Part shown: piece by piece, positions 36,136 through 45,987 of the stretch | How the letters are laid out: each line of letters opens with the position of its first letter | Position numbering within the stretch: the stretch's first letter is position 1 | Source: Clostridia bacterium | Lineage (GTDB): Bacteria > Bacillota > Clostridia > Oscillospirales > UBA644 | Reading direction: 5' to 3' | DNA length: 64,000 bases | NCBI GenBank assembly: GCA_014872655.1 | Contig: WHHJ01000003.1 | Location: 863-64,862 of the forward strand | Notes under the pieces: generated by a model | Told to the model about the DNA's origin: nothing | Seen by the model: the letters and a program-made list of their open reading frames with translations, nothing else | Database searches by the model: none | Made by a program: the position numbers and the translations under genes

Positions 36136-37896
36136 TTAGATTTCCTGCGTTTGTTGTTTGAGCCATTGCGCAGCCGGTTTGTCCAAGTATGTAGATAGTG
36201 TTTGATAAACACGGTCATGATATTCATTTAACATTGATTTTTCTTGAGGTGAAAGAAGATTTGGCAGAATGGCCTCACGTTCAAACGGACAAAGTGTTAC
36301 GGTCTCAAAGTGTAAGAAGTCGCCGAACGAGGTTGTTCGATCTTCCTGGCAAAGCATCAGGTTCTCCAGGCGGATTCCATATTGACCGTTGCGATATAAC
36401 CCCGGTTCGTCGGAGGTGAGCATTCCGGGTTCAAAAACGGTTTGTGCTCCAAATCCCACCCCGGACTCGTGCACATTGAGCAAGTACCCTACGCCGTGTC
36501 CGGTTCCATGATTGTAATCTAATCCTTGCCGCCACAATTCTTCTCTGGCTAAACAGTCCAGCATTTTTCCGGTTGTTTTTTGTTTAAATACAGCAGCTGC
36601 AAGTGCCAGATTTGCTTTTAGTACATAGGTATAATCTTGTTTTTGTTGTTCAGTTAACGGCCCCAGAGCAATCGTTCGTGTGATATCTGTGGTTCCTTGA
36701 AGATAATGTCCTCCGGTATCTACAAGCAGGAAGTTTTCGGGACGCAGCATCGCATTACTTTGGGCGGATGCTTCATAGTGAACAATGGCTCCGTGCGGAC
36801 CATAGGCCAGGATCGGGGCAAAACTTTGGTATAAATAGTCCGGCTGCGCTTTTCGAAAGCTGTCTAACTTTTCTGCCGCAGAGATTTCTGTGATTTTTTC
36901 AGATGCAACATGAGTTTTTAGCCAGTGGATAAAGCAGGTGCATGCAATTCCGTCTTTAAGATGTGCTTTTCGAATTTGGTCGCATTCCGTTGGATTTTTT
37001 ATAGCTTTATCTTTTTCAATCAGATTCTGATCTATAATGGAGTTTTGGACCTGCACAGCCTCAATAATAGCGCAGTTTGCAGACTTCAGATCCACTAGAA
37101 TCTTTTGATTTTTAATCGTCTTCAGATATGGATATATCTGGTCATAATCCCGCAGGTGAGCGCCGTATTTTTGAAGTTGTGCAAGAACTGCTTCAGAATA
37201 GTTTTGAGGATTGGAAAACAGGAATACCTGTTTGGCGGTTACTATGCAGTACGCTAAAACTACCGGAGTGTATGCAATATCTGCGCCGCGGATATTCAGT
37301 AACCAGGCAATTTCGTCCAGCGCAGTGATAAGGTAAATTTGCGCATTGGATTGTGCCATGGATTGCCGTATTTTTAAAATTTTATCTTGGGCCCGTTGGC
37401 CTGTATATTCTTCCGATAGGCAAAAGGTTGGGTTTGCTGGAAGGGAGGGCCTGTCTTTCCAAATTGTATCTAATAAGTCAATATCCGTTCGAAATTGGAT
37501 CCCGCAGGGATCCAATTTCTTATGCAGTTGTTGTGCTTGTTGCTGGCTGATGGTTCGTCCGTCAAAGGCTAAAACGTCTTTGGGCTGAAGCGTTTGCTCT
37601 AAGAAGCATTCTATCGTTGGCACATCTTTTTCACCTGACCGAAACAGCTGAATCGGTGTTTGTGCTAATTCTTGTTCTGCTTGTAAAAAGTAACGTCCGT
37701 CCGTCCATAATCCGGCGATATCAGCGGTTACGACAAGGACTCCTGCGGATCCCGTAAATCCGGACAGGTATTGGCGGCCTTTAAAATAGTCACATACATA
37801 TTCAGAAAGATGAAAGTCATTGCTTCCAACCAGATAGGCCGTTATGTCGTTTTGTTTCATGAGTGCACGTAATTGTTCGATTCTTTGTTGGATCAT
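36136..37896 (-). CDS. pepP: Xaa-Pro aminopeptidase (M24B, aminopeptidase P family)
   Basis: It has an M24 C-terminal domain (HGTGHGVGYLLNVHE, EPGLY) and an N-terminal creatinase-like domain. The ATG at 37896 lies 8 nt after AAGGAG, whereas the tracked GTG at 37905 overlaps the SD sequence. Confidence 0.85.
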   Translation of the reverse strand: MIQQRIEQLRALMKQNDITAYLVGSNDFHLSEYVCDYFKGRQYLSGFTGSAGVLVVTADIAGLWTDGRYFLQAEQELAQTPIQLFRSGEKDVPTIECFLEQTLQPKDVLAFDGRTISQQQAQQLHKKLDPCGIQFRTDIDLLDTIWKDRPSLPANPTFCLSEEYTGQRAQDKILKIRQSMAQSNAQIYLITALDEIAWLLNIRGADIAYTPVVLAYCIVTAKQVFLFSNPQNYSEAVLAQLQKYGAHLRDYDQIYPYLKTIKNQKILVDLKSANCAIIEAVQVQNSIIDQNLIEKDKAIKNPTECDQIRKAHLKDGIACTCFIHWLKTHVASEKITEISAAEKLDSFRKAQPDYLYQSFAPILAYGPHGAIVHYEASAQSNAMLRPENFLLVDTGGHYLQGTTDITRTIALGPLTEQQKQDYTYVLKANLALAAAVFKQKTTGKMLDCLAREELWRQGLDYNHGTGHGVGYLLNVHESGVGFGAQTVFEPGMLTSDEPGLYRNGQYGIRLENLMLCQEDRTTSFGDFLHFETVTLCPFEREAILPNLLSPQEKSMLNEYHDRVYQTLSTYLDKPAAQWLKQQTQEI

Positions 37897-37920
37897 TTTT
37901 TTCACTCCTTGCTACTCTTA

Positions 37921-37949
37921 ATGATATCACAGCCGGGATAAAAAGTCAA
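37921..37949 (-). promoter_or_regulatory. sigmaA-type promoter of pepP
   Basis: The minus strand reads TTGACT (37949-37944), 17 nt, then TATCAT (37926-37921). Confidence 0.45.
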
Positions 37950-37963
37950 CGTGTGCAGCCGTC

Positions 37964-37990
37964 ACGGGAATTGTTTTTCAACATATAATG
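37964..37990 (+). promoter_or_regulatory. weak candidate sigmaK-type promoter of dpaAB
   Basis: AC (37964-37965), 16 nt, then CATATAATG. The remembered sigmaK pattern is AC-16/17-CATAnnnTA, so the last position mismatches. Confidence 0.25.
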
Positions 37991-38042
37991 ATATTGGGCG
38001 TGATATATTTGGCTCGATTCGGTATAACAGGGGAATGATTCT

Positions 38043-38918
38043 ATGACAAATGATAATAAAAATCCCGCAATCGCGGTTATCGGCGGAGATCTCAGACAGA
38101 TACGCGCTGCGGAATATTTGATGCAGGCTGGTTATTCCGTCCGCATTTATGGTTTTGATCAATATGAACTTCCGAAAGATTGCTTCTTAGCTGATTCTTT
38201 AGTGCAGGCTGTTTCGGGAGTAGATTATGTGATTTTGCCTCTTCCTTGGTCAAGGGATGGGGTGATTCTTAATGCGCCGTATAGTTCTGAGGATATTGAA
38301 TTAGAACAGATTTATGCGTCTGTCATGCCGTGGATGACCGTGCTGGGCGGGAAAATAGATTGTTGTAGTTTTGCCGATCGAGGGATTCGGGCTATCGATT
38401 ATTTTGCGCAAGAATCGTTTCAGATTTTAAATGCAGTTCCTACCGCAGAAGGGGCGATTCAGATTGCAATGGAAGAAAGTCCCATTACAATCAGTCAAAG
38501 TCGATGTCTGGTTGTGGGATATGGGCGCATAGGAAAAGTTCTTGCTCAGCGATTAAGAGGACTGCATGCTTCTGTCTGTGTTTCTGCCCGGAAAAGCGAA
38601 GATTTTGCATGGATTCGAGCTTCCGGATACGAAAGTATCAAAACGAGTGATATCAGACAGCGGATCGGGGAGTTCGATTTTATCTTTAACACCGTTCCTG
38701 TTCGAGTTATTTCTGAAGCAGAATTGCAGCAGGTAAAGCGCGGTGCATTATTGATTGATTTAGCCTCTGCACCGGGTGGAATTGACATGGAAAGCGCACA
38801 GAAATATGGTGTGCAAACGGTCTGGTCGTTATCTTTGCCCGGAAAGGTTGCGCCTGATACAGCAGGCAAGATCCTTTCACAGGTTCTTGCAGATGTGATC
38901 CAGGAAACACAAAGATAA
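38043..38918 (+). CDS. dpaA: dipicolinate synthase subunit A
   Basis: The 291-aa ORF has an NAD-binding-like AVIGGDLRQ N-terminus and GYGRIG. It is immediately followed by dpaB. Confidence 0.85.
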   Translation: MTNDNKNPAIAVIGGDLRQIRAAEYLMQAGYSVRIYGFDQYELPKDCFLADSLVQAVSGVDYVILPLPWSRDGVILNAPYSSEDIELEQIYASVMPWMTVLGGKIDCCSFADRGIRAIDYFAQESFQILNAVPTAEGAIQIAMEESPITISQSRCLVVGYGRIGKVLAQRLRGLHASVCVSARKSEDFAWIRASGYESIKTSDIRQRIGEFDFIFNTVPVRVISEAELQQVKRGALLIDLASAPGGIDMESAQKYGVQTVWSLSLPGKVAPDTAGKILSQVLADVIQETQR

Positions 38919-38931
38919 AAGGAGGCAGAAA

Positions 38932-39525
38932 ATGCCGGAAAACACAAAAATAAGAATCGGTTTCGGTTTATGCGGTTCGTTTTGCACGCTTTCTAAGGCC
39001 ATGGAGCAAATGCGTCAGCTTGTTGTACAAGGGTATGATGTAACGCCGATTATGTCAGAAAATACATATCGGACCAATACCCGTTTTGGTACAGCACAAA
39101 GTTTTATTGACCAGGCTGAGCAAGTCACGCAAAAGCCGGTTCTTCATTTTATAGAACAGGTAGAGCCGTTTGGGCCGAGAAAGTTATTGGATTTATTGAT
39201 TATTGCGCCCTGTACGGGTAATACGCTGGCCAAATTGGCAAACGGAGTTTCAGATACGCCGATTACTCTCGCGGCAAAAGCACATCTCCGCAACGAGCGT
39301 CCGGTTTTAATTGCGTTGTCTTCAAATGATGCCTTATCGCAAAACGCAAAAAACCTTGGCGTGTTGTTGAATAGTAAAAATATCTTTTTTGTTCCGTTTG
39401 GGCAAGATGATGCTTTGAAAAAACCAACTTCTTTAGTTGCTTGTTTTAATCAGATCCCTGAGGCCGTATCTTTGGCCCTTCAGGGGATTCAGATGCAGCC
39501 TATGCTTGTTCAGACGGGTGGATAA
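38932..39525 (+). CDS. dpaB: dipicolinate synthase subunit B (flavoprotein-like)
   Basis: The 197-aa ORF shows IGFGLCGSFCT and APCTGNTLAKLANG. Confidence 0.85.
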   Translation: MPENTKIRIGFGLCGSFCTLSKAMEQMRQLVVQGYDVTPIMSENTYRTNTRFGTAQSFIDQAEQVTQKPVLHFIEQVEPFGPRKLLDLLIIAPCTGNTLAKLANGVSDTPITLAAKAHLRNERPVLIALSSNDALSQNAKNLGVLLNSKNIFFVPFGQDDALKKPTSLVACFNQIPEAVSLALQGIQMQPMLVQTGG

Positions 39526-39589
39526 AGAAGATGCTTTTGTAAAAAAGCAGGGTTGAATCGCGTGCTTGATTTTAGATCATAAATAAATC

Positions 39590-39628
39590 AAAGTCCCTAT
39601 GGTTTACTGAATATACCATAGGGACTTT
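39590..39628. terminator. perfect 14-bp hairpin in the dpaB/clpX convergent spacer
   Basis: The hairpin is AAAGTCCCTATGGT, an 11-nt loop, then ACCATAGGGACTTT. Confidence 0.5.
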
Positions 39629-39814
39629 TAAGGTTAAAACGATACTTTTACCTCGAATAGTTGTTTTTAAATGCAAGGCACATTGCGTAAAAAGGTTTCG
39701 TAAACAGCCTTATCGTATCGAGGTAAAGAGTGTTTAGAAAATTTTTATATTGTCTGTGGTACAGGATCTTTTTCAGCTATGTTATAGACGAAAGAATCCT
39801 CTTAACACACTGGT

Positions 39815-41125
39815 TTATTGAACGGGTTGTTTTTCTTGAGGTTTTGTTTGACCTAATGGCGTCAAAGTTGCGCACTCTTCATCCGTTCTGTATTCAAAAA
39901 TAGGATCTCCGGTTTTTTCAATGCAGGCTTTTGTAATCGTTACTTTTTTGATATGCAAGTCAGACGGAACCTCAAACATAATATCCGTCATAATATTTTC
40001 TACTATGGTACGCAAGCCTCGGGCCCCGGTATTTTTCTCCACGGCCTTTTCGGCAATGGCTTCAATGGCTTCCTTTTCAAACACCAGTTGAGCGTGATCC
40101 ATTTGCATCAGTTTTTGATATTGTTTGATCAGTGCATTTTTAGGTTCGGTCAGAATTTTAACCAGACTATCTTTATCCAGTTTTTCAACGGATACAATAG
40201 CCGGAATTCGGCCGACCAGTTCCGGAATCAAGCCGAATTTGATCAGGTCATGCGACTCACATTGCTTTAGATAGAAATTTTCATCCTGATCCTTTTTGCT
40301 TGCAATCTTGGATTCAAAACCGATGGAGTTGCCGGAAAGTCTTTTTTGAATAATTTTATCCAGTCCGTCAAATGCGCCGGCGCAGATAAACAAAATATTT
40401 TTCGTATTAATTTGAATAAATTCCTGATTGGGATGTTTACGTCCGCCATTGGGAGGAACATTGGAAACGGTTCCTTCCAAAATCTTCAGCAGTGCCTGTT
40501 GTACGCCTTCACCCGAAACATCTCGTGTAATGGATGGGTTTTCACTTCGGCGGGCAATTTTATCAATTTCATCTACATAAATGATTCCATGCTCTGCTTG
40601 TTCAATGTCGTAGTCTGCCGCTTGAATCAGCTTGAGCAGAATATTTTCAACATCTTCGCCCACATAGCCTGCTTCCGTTAATGTCGTCGCATCTGCAATA
40701 GCAAACGGAACATGAAGGATTTTTGCTAAAATCTGGGCCATCAGTGTCTTTCCGGATCCGGTAGGTCCTAAAACCAGCACATTGGATTTTGTCAGTTCCA
40801 CATCGTCATCCGAAGAATTGTAAAACACTCTTTTATAATGATTGTATACGGCGACGGATAAGGCCTGTTTTGCATGATCTTGGCCGATGACGTATTGATC
40901 CAAAATCTGTTTAATTTGTTGCGGTGTTTTTAGATCAATCTGTTTTTGGTCTTTCTTCTTTTTGTTTAACGTTGGTTTGATTTCTTGTAAGTATTCAGTA
41001 CAGGTATTGACGCAGTCTTCACAGATATATAATCCTTCATAAATACCTTGAATAAAAATTCTTGTATTGGATGGGTCTGTCCTCCCGCAAAAGGAGCACC
41101 GTTTTTGATCCTCATTTTTTGCCAT
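39815..41125 (-). CDS. clpX: ATP-dependent Clp protease ATP-binding subunit ClpX
   Basis: It has the zinc-finger CSFCGR...CEDC, the Walker A GPTGSGKT, and IVYVDEIDK-like IIYVDEIDK. Confidence 0.95.
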   Translation of the reverse strand: MAKNEDQKRCSFCGRTDPSNTRIFIQGIYEGLYICEDCVNTCTEYLQEIKPTLNKKKKDQKQIDLKTPQQIKQILDQYVIGQDHAKQALSVAVYNHYKRVFYNSSDDDVELTKSNVLVLGPTGSGKTLMAQILAKILHVPFAIADATTLTEAGYVGEDVENILLKLIQAADYDIEQAEHGIIYVDEIDKIARRSENPSITRDVSGEGVQQALLKILEGTVSNVPPNGGRKHPNQEFIQINTKNILFICAGAFDGLDKIIQKRLSGNSIGFESKIASKKDQDENFYLKQCESHDLIKFGLIPELVGRIPAIVSVEKLDKDSLVKILTEPKNALIKQYQKLMQMDHAQLVFEKEAIEAIAEKAVEKNTGARGLRTIVENIMTDIMFEVPSDLHIKKVTITKACIEKTGDPIFEYRTDEECATLTPLGQTKPQEKQPVQ

Positions 41126-41150
41126 TTGCTTTTCTCCCTGTTAAAACACA

Positions 41151-41176
41151 AGAGTGACGGCAGTTGCTGTCACTCT
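41151..41176 (-). terminator. hairpin between clpP and clpX (possible attenuator)
   Basis: The hairpin is AGAGTGAC, a loop, then GTCACTCT. The minus-strand trail TGTGTTTT is only weakly T-rich. Confidence 0.3.
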
Positions 41177-41185
41177 GTTTGATGT

Positions 41186-41767
41186 CTATCTTTTTGCAAT
41201 CACTTTGTCAACCAGTCCGTATTCCTGAGCCTGTACCGCGGACATAAAGTTGTCTCGCTCGGTATCCTGCTCAATAATCGAAAGAGGCTTTCCGGTATTT
41301 TCTGCCAGAATCGTATTCAATTTTTTCTTGATTTCCAAAATGTGATCTGCGTGGATTTTGATATCGGTTGCCTGGCCCTGAAAACCGCCCAAAGGCTGGT
41401 GAATCATAATTTCGCTGTTGGGAAGAGCCAACCGTTTTCCTTTTGCGCCGGAAGACAGTAAAAACGCGCCCATGCTTGCCGCCATACCAATACAAATCGT
41501 GCTTACATCACATTTAATGTAATTCATCGTATCATAAATAGCCATTCCTGCCGTAACAGATCCACCAGGGCTGTCGATATACAGGCTGATATCTTTATCC
41601 GGATCGACAGACTCTAAATACAGAAGCTGAGCAACCACAAGGCTTGCTGAAGCATCGGTAACTTCGTCGGCTAAAAAGATGATCCGGTCATTGAGTAATC
41701 TGGAAAAAATGTCATAAGAGCGTTCGCCTCTGTTGGTCTGCTCTACGACCATCGGTACTAAACTCAT
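41186..41767 (-). CDS. clpP: ATP-dependent Clp protease proteolytic subunit
   Basis: The 193-aa ORF shows [13 protein letters not shown], the active-site region [11 protein letters not shown], and IMIHQPLGG. Confidence 0.95.
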   Translation of the reverse strand: MSLVPMVVEQTNRGERSYDIFSRLLNDRIIFLADEVTDASASLVVAQLLYLESVDPDKDISLYIDSPGGSVTAGMAIYDTMNYIKCDVSTICIGMAASMGAFLLSSGAKGKRLALPNSEIMIHQPLGGFQGQATDIKIHADHILEIKKKLNTILAENTGKPLSIIEQDTERDNFMSAVQAQEYGLVDKVIAKR

Positions 41768-41812
41768 ATCTGAAAACCTCCTCTGATAGAGTATCGTCCA
41801 TTGTCTGCTGAT

Positions 41813-43297
41813 TTATTCAGCGTCTTTCTTGGTTGTCGTTTTTTTCGCAGCAGTTTTCTTCGGAGCTGCTTTTTTTTCTTCTGTTGCAGCGGTTGCTTTT
41901 TTCGTTGTCGTCTTTTTTGCTGTTGTCTTCTTTGCAGCCGGCTTTACTTCTTTCTCTGCATCTTCCGGTTGTTTTTCTGCTGCCGCTTTTTTAGTGCTGG
42001 TTTTTTTAGTTGCAGCCTTTTTCTCTTCTGTGATAACTGCAGCATTCTTTACACATTCAAAAGCTTTTTGAATCGAAAGATCTTTTGTGATATTTTCAGT
42101 AATATAATCGCTCTTGATTTTGTCTACTTCCGTATTCATGCTCTTGGCGATTTTGTCGTATTCTGCATCAACGTCAGCCTGTTCCACAATGATATGTTCT
42201 AATTCAGCAATTTTTTCAAGTGCCAAACGTACTTTCACATCTTCTTTTGCTCTTTCCGAGAACATCGCTTTGATCGAATCTGCGTTCTGGCCTGTAATTT
42301 CAAGATATTTATCCAAGCTGATGCCTTGGCTCATCAATCTGCGCTCAAAACCGTTAACCTGAGCCTCTACTTCGTTATCAAACATGCATTGCGGAATGTC
42401 GCCCTCTACTAAATCAGCAAGTTTTGCAGATAACTTTGCGGTGATATCCTGTTCTGCCATGTCATCTTTTCTTTTTTGCAGTTTTGCTTCAACATCCTTT
42501 TTGAACTCAGCAAAGGTATCAAATTCACTGACATCTTTAGCAAAATCGTCGTCCAGTTCCGGAAGTTGTTCTAATTTGATTTCATGCAGTTTAATCTTAA
42601 ACTCTGCATCTTTTCCCTTTAATTCAGGAGTATATTCTTCAGGGAATTTTACCTGGATTGAGAATTCCGATTCCGGTTCACGGTCTACCATCTGATCTTC
42701 GAAGCCGGGAATAAATTGGCCGGAGCCTAATTTTAAGCTGTATCCTTCTGCTTTGCCGCCTTCAAACGGTTTGCCGTCAACAAAACCTTCAAAATCAAAA
42801 ATAACGGTATCGCCCATTTGAGATTTTCTGTCTGTTACATCAATCAGGCGGGATTGTCTTTGCTGATAATTTTTCAATTCTGCATTCAGTTCTTCTTTTG
42901 AAACTTTTGCAGACATTTTTTCGATTTCAATACCTTTATAATTTTGAATCTCAATTTCCGGTTTTACGGTAACTTTTACTTTAAAAGAAAACCCGTTTTC
43001 GGTATTGATTTCTTCGACTTCCGGTCTGTCTACCGGTGTGATCTTTGCTTCTGCAACAGCTTGTTCATAAGCAGTGGGGTAGATCTCATTAATAGCATCA
43101 TCGTAAAATACACCTTTACCGTACATCTTTTCTACCATTTTTCTGGGCGCTTTCCCGCGACGGAAACCAGGCACATTCATTTTACGAATATTTTTTCTAT
43201 AAGAGGCGTCTACCGCTTTCTCAAATTCGTCAGCGTCAACGGATACTTCCATCTCCACAATGTTCTTGTCAATCTTTTCCAATTTTTCCAGTTTCAT
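41813..43297 (-). CDS. tig: trigger factor with a Lys/Ala/Thr-rich C-terminal extension of about 70 aa
   Basis: It has the FKBP-type PPIase core (GDTVIFDFEGFVDGKPFEGG) and the ribosome-binding motif PGFRRGKAP. The ATG at 43297 lies 9 nt after AGGAG, whereas the tracked start at 43306 is a TTG. Confidence 0.9.
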   Translation of the reverse strand: MKLEKLEKIDKNIVEMEVSVDADEFEKAVDASYRKNIRKMNVPGFRRGKAPRKMVEKMYGKGVFYDDAINEIYPTAYEQAVAEAKITPVDRPEVEEINTENGFSFKVKVTVKPEIEIQNYKGIEIEKMSAKVSKEELNAELKNYQQRQSRLIDVTDRKSQMGDTVIFDFEGFVDGKPFEGGKAEGYSLKLGSGQFIPGFEDQMVDREPESEFSIQVKFPEEYTPELKGKDAEFKIKLHEIKLEQLPELDDDFAKDVSEFDTFAEFKKDVEAKLQKRKDDMAEQDITAKLSAKLADLVEGDIPQCMFDNEVEAQVNGFERRLMSQGISLDKYLEITGQNADSIKAMFSERAKEDVKVRLALEKIAELEHIIVEQADVDAEYDKIAKSMNTEVDKIKSDYITENITKDLSIQKAFECVKNAAVITEEKKAATKKTSTKKAAAEKQPEDAEKEVKPAAKKTTAKKTTTKKATAATEEKKAAPKKTAAKKTTTKKDAE

Positions 43298-43417
43298 CTT
43301 TTCCAACTCCTGTTTTACTTTTACGCATTTAGTTTATTATAGCATATTTTTTACTGTTTGAATAGTATCTGACATTATTTTATGATTGGGTTTCGAAAAA
43401 ATTTCATAATATTTCTA

Positions 43418-44107
43418 TTAAAATATCTGTAAAGGCTTAAATTGCAGGTAGTCGGCAGAAATTAAATGCATATGAATACCCTCGTAGATTTCTTTTTCTG
43501 CCAACTCATGAGCAGCATGTCCATGCAAATGTCCATAAAAGCATTCACGGATTTGATACTCTTTTAAAACCTGTAGAATCGGTTCACAGACCGTTCCGTT
43601 AAAAACCGGGGGATAATGCAGAAAAACATAAGCCGGTTTGTTGGACTGTTGCTTTTGATAGGCCTGTAAAGATAGCCGAAGACGTCCGGCCTCTCGGTCA
43701 ATGACTTTTTGATCGTTTTCTTCGCCCGGTTCCAGTAACCAACCGCGCGTTCCGCATAAAAAAACATGTTCGGTTTGGTATGTATTATTAAATAAAAAAG
43801 AAATGGTCTTAAATCGAGGCTCAATAAATTCATAAAGTTTCTTTTGTGTGGACCACCAGTAGTCATGATTGCCTTTTAATAAAATTTTTTGCCCAGGCAA
43901 AGAGTCCAGCAGCGCCAAATCCGGTTCCAGTTGATTCATATCCATAGCCCAGGAAAGATCGCCGGCAATCACGATGGTATCGTCCTGTTTTAAACACCAG
44001 TTCTCAATCAATCTTTTTTCGTGGTCTTCCCAAAGCGGTCCAAAAATATCCATGGGCTTATCAACAGCTCTGGATAAATGTAAATCTGCGATCGCATACA
44101 ATCCCAT
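43418..44107 (-). CDS. metallophosphoesterase-family protein
   Basis: It has the motifs YAIADLHLS, GDLSW, GNHDYWW and GHLH. Confidence 0.75.
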   Translation of the reverse strand: MGLYAIADLHLSRAVDKPMDIFGPLWEDHEKRLIENWCLKQDDTIVIAGDLSWAMDMNQLEPDLALLDSLPGQKILLKGNHDYWWSTQKKLYEFIEPRFKTISFLFNNTYQTEHVFLCGTRGWLLEPGEENDQKVIDREAGRLRLSLQAYQKQQSNKPAYVFLHYPPVFNGTVCEPILQVLKEYQIRECFYGHLHGHAAHELAEKEIYEGIHMHLISADYLQFKPLQIF

Positions 44108-44971
44108 TCAGTTTATCTCCAATACGCGTAAAGCATTTTTAACGCTGATTTTTTCTGCAACGGTGGCTCCAAATTCTTGGGTAAAGGTTTGGATGATATT
44201 TTTGATGTCAGAGGCTCCCGAAAATCCTACGGGCAAGGTTTTGGTTCCGTCAAAATCACAGCCTAAGGCAAGAATATCCTCACCCCCGAGCTGCAAGATA
44301 TGATCAGCATGACGTACAATATCTGTCATGGTCGCCGTTTCTTTATTTAAAAAGGGTGCGTGTAAATTCAGTCCGATCAATCCTTTTTTTTGGATGATAC
44401 AGCGGATTTGATCATCGGTTAAATTTCGTAAATCTTCACAAACGGCGCGGGCGTTTGAGTGGGTTGCTACAACCGGTTGCTCCGTGTTTTCCACGATATC
44501 ATAGAACCCTTGTTCTGATAAATGAGAGACATCCGGCAAAATATGCAGCTGGTTCAATTGTTCCAAATACTCTAACCCTAACGGCGATAATCCCTTGGTA
44601 TTATTGGTGTAGGCCCCCGTTGCTAAACTGTTTCGACCGTTCCACGCAAAACCGAAGATGCGGATATGAAATTGTTGCAGTATCAAAAGACTGTTCGGAT
44701 CCGTTCCGATCATCCCTCCGCCTTCTACCGTATAAATAGGAACAATATTCGGTTGCTGCTGAATCTTTTTAGAAAAATAGGTTAGAACCTTTTCAATATA
44801 CAGGCTTCCTTCTGCGACCGAGGTGTCGTCGAAAAAAACAGCAAAACATTGGTATATTTTTTCATATCCTGACGTTTGTTGTTGACTAAGTTGTAGAGAA
44901 TCGTCACTCAGGTTGTTCTTCATCCTGTATAACTTCGTCGCCGTATCGCAATGCAGATCTGCATAAATCAT
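44108..44971 (-). CDS. membrane dipeptidase (peptidase M19 family)
   Basis: The ATG at 44971 lies 9 nt after AAGGTGG and gives MIYADLHCDT, a typical M19 N-terminus. The tracked 355-aa ORF carries an N-terminal extension that overlaps yraN. Confidence 0.75.
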   Translation of the reverse strand: MIYADLHCDTATKLYRMKNNLSDDSLQLSQQQTSGYEKIYQCFAVFFDDTSVAEGSLYIEKVLTYFSKKIQQQPNIVPIYTVEGGGMIGTDPNSLLILQQFHIRIFGFAWNGRNSLATGAYTNNTKGLSPLGLEYLEQLNQLHILPDVSHLSEQGFYDIVENTEQPVVATHSNARAVCEDLRNLTDDQIRCIIQKKGLIGLNLHAPFLNKETATMTDIVRHADHILQLGGEDILALGCDFDGTKTLPVGFSGASDIKNIIQTFTQEFGATVAEKISVKNALRVLEIN

Positions 44972-45371
44972 CACGCCCAACCACCTTAAAGTAATTTTTG
45001 AAATACCGGACATATCGAATCGAAAGATCCTTTGCAAATTCAACCGCAGCCACATCAAAGGTGAATGTGATCTTTTCGGTTCCAATATCTCTTTTATGCA
45101 GTTGTTGTGTGATATATTCCTGTGCACTTTTCCATATTCTGTGCATTTGTGCATCCGTAACAGCATCTTCAGCACTGAACAAGGTGCCTTCTGAGCGACT
45201 TTTTACTTCAATAAAAGCAATCCGATTTTTTCGTTTTGCAATAATGTCCAATTCGCCGAAGTTCGTTTTATAATTGCGTTCTAAAATAAAAAAATGCCTT
45301 TTCTTTAATTGTTGGCAAACATATTCTTCTCCCATATAGCCCAGGAGAATATGGCGTGCTTTTTCATTCAT
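44904..45371 (-). CDS. yraN: YraN-family (UPF0102) endonuclease-like protein
   Basis: GEEYVCQQLKKRHFFILERNYKTNFGELDIIAKRKNRIAFIEVKSR is the UPF0102 core. There is an ATGA overlap with the rnhB stop. Confidence 0.75.
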   Translation of the reverse strand: MNEKARHILLGYMGEEYVCQQLKKRHFFILERNYKTNFGELDIIAKRKNRIAFIEVKSRSEGTLFSAEDAVTDAQMHRIWKSAQEYITQQLHKRDIGTEKITFTFDVAAVEFAKDLSIRYVRYFKNYFKVVGRDDLCRSALRYGDEVIQDEEQPE

Positions 45372-45967
45372 TTTTCTGATAAATTTTTAAGAAAACTTTT
45401 TCTGTAAAAAGGTGCAATCCCAAATTGTTTAATTTTTTCATAATGCTGCTTGGTGGGATATCCTTTATGTTTCTGCAAATCGTATTGTGGATATTGAACG
45501 GCTAATTGTTCCATATAGTGATCTCTGGATACTTTTGCAAGAATGGAGGCTGCGGCAATACTGATCACTTTAGCGTCTCCCTTGACGACACACTCCCATG
45601 GAATACCTAAATTTTTACAGCGGTTTCCGTCTACCAGAGCAAAGACAGGCTGAATTTTCATCTGTTCAACAGCCCGGCGCATCGCTAAAAAAGTAGCATT
45701 TAGAATATTGAGTTCATCAATTTCCTGAGGGCTTGCCATACCGATGCCATAAGAAATGGCATGTTGTTGAATGACAGGGAATAACTGCTCCCGTTTTTTT
45801 TCAGATAGTTTTTTAGAATCGTTCAATCCTTCTATCGTAAGCCCCTCCGGTAAAATGACGGCCGCCGCACAAACAGGTCCGCATAACGGGCCTCTGCCCG
45901 CTTCATCAATGCCGCAGATCAAGGGGCCGTATAAAGGGTAATATTTACGTTCATAACTGTAATCCAT
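45368..45967 (-). CDS. rnhB: ribonuclease HII
   Basis: It shows ICGIDEAGRGPLCGPV, DSKKLS and SIAAASILAKV. Confidence 0.9.
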   Translation of the reverse strand: MDYSYERKYYPLYGPLICGIDEAGRGPLCGPVCAAAVILPEGLTIEGLNDSKKLSEKKREQLFPVIQQHAISYGIGMASPQEIDELNILNATFLAMRRAVEQMKIQPVFALVDGNRCKNLGIPWECVVKGDAKVISIAAASILAKVSRDHYMEQLAVQYPQYDLQKHKGYPTKQHYEKIKQFGIAPFYRKSFLKNLSEK

Positions 45968-45987
45968 GCCAATCTCCTCAAATTCCG

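Noticed and set aside
35711-36166. 151-aa minus-strand ORF
   Set aside because: It is antisense to the VOC gene and crosses the bidirectional terminator at 36089-36126.
41813-42034. Possible tandem DNA repeat or CRISPR-like periodicity in the T/G-rich stretch
   Set aside because: The repetition is irregular and fully explained by the coding AKK/TKK low-complexity tail. There are no constant-length repeats or spacers.
41801-42202. Cys/Phe-rich plus-strand ORFs (133 aa and 80 aa) that look like exotic peptides
   Set aside because: They are antisense reading frames of the Lys/Ala/Thr-rich tail of tig. AAR/GCN codons read as TTY/NGC on the opposite strand. No RBS or promoter was seen.
44972-45175. 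N-terminal 68 aa of the tracked 355-aa dipeptidase ORF
   Set aside because: This part overlaps the yraN coding region and shows no similarity to M19 N-termini. A good SD plus ATG at 44971 gives the canonical MIYADLHCD start.
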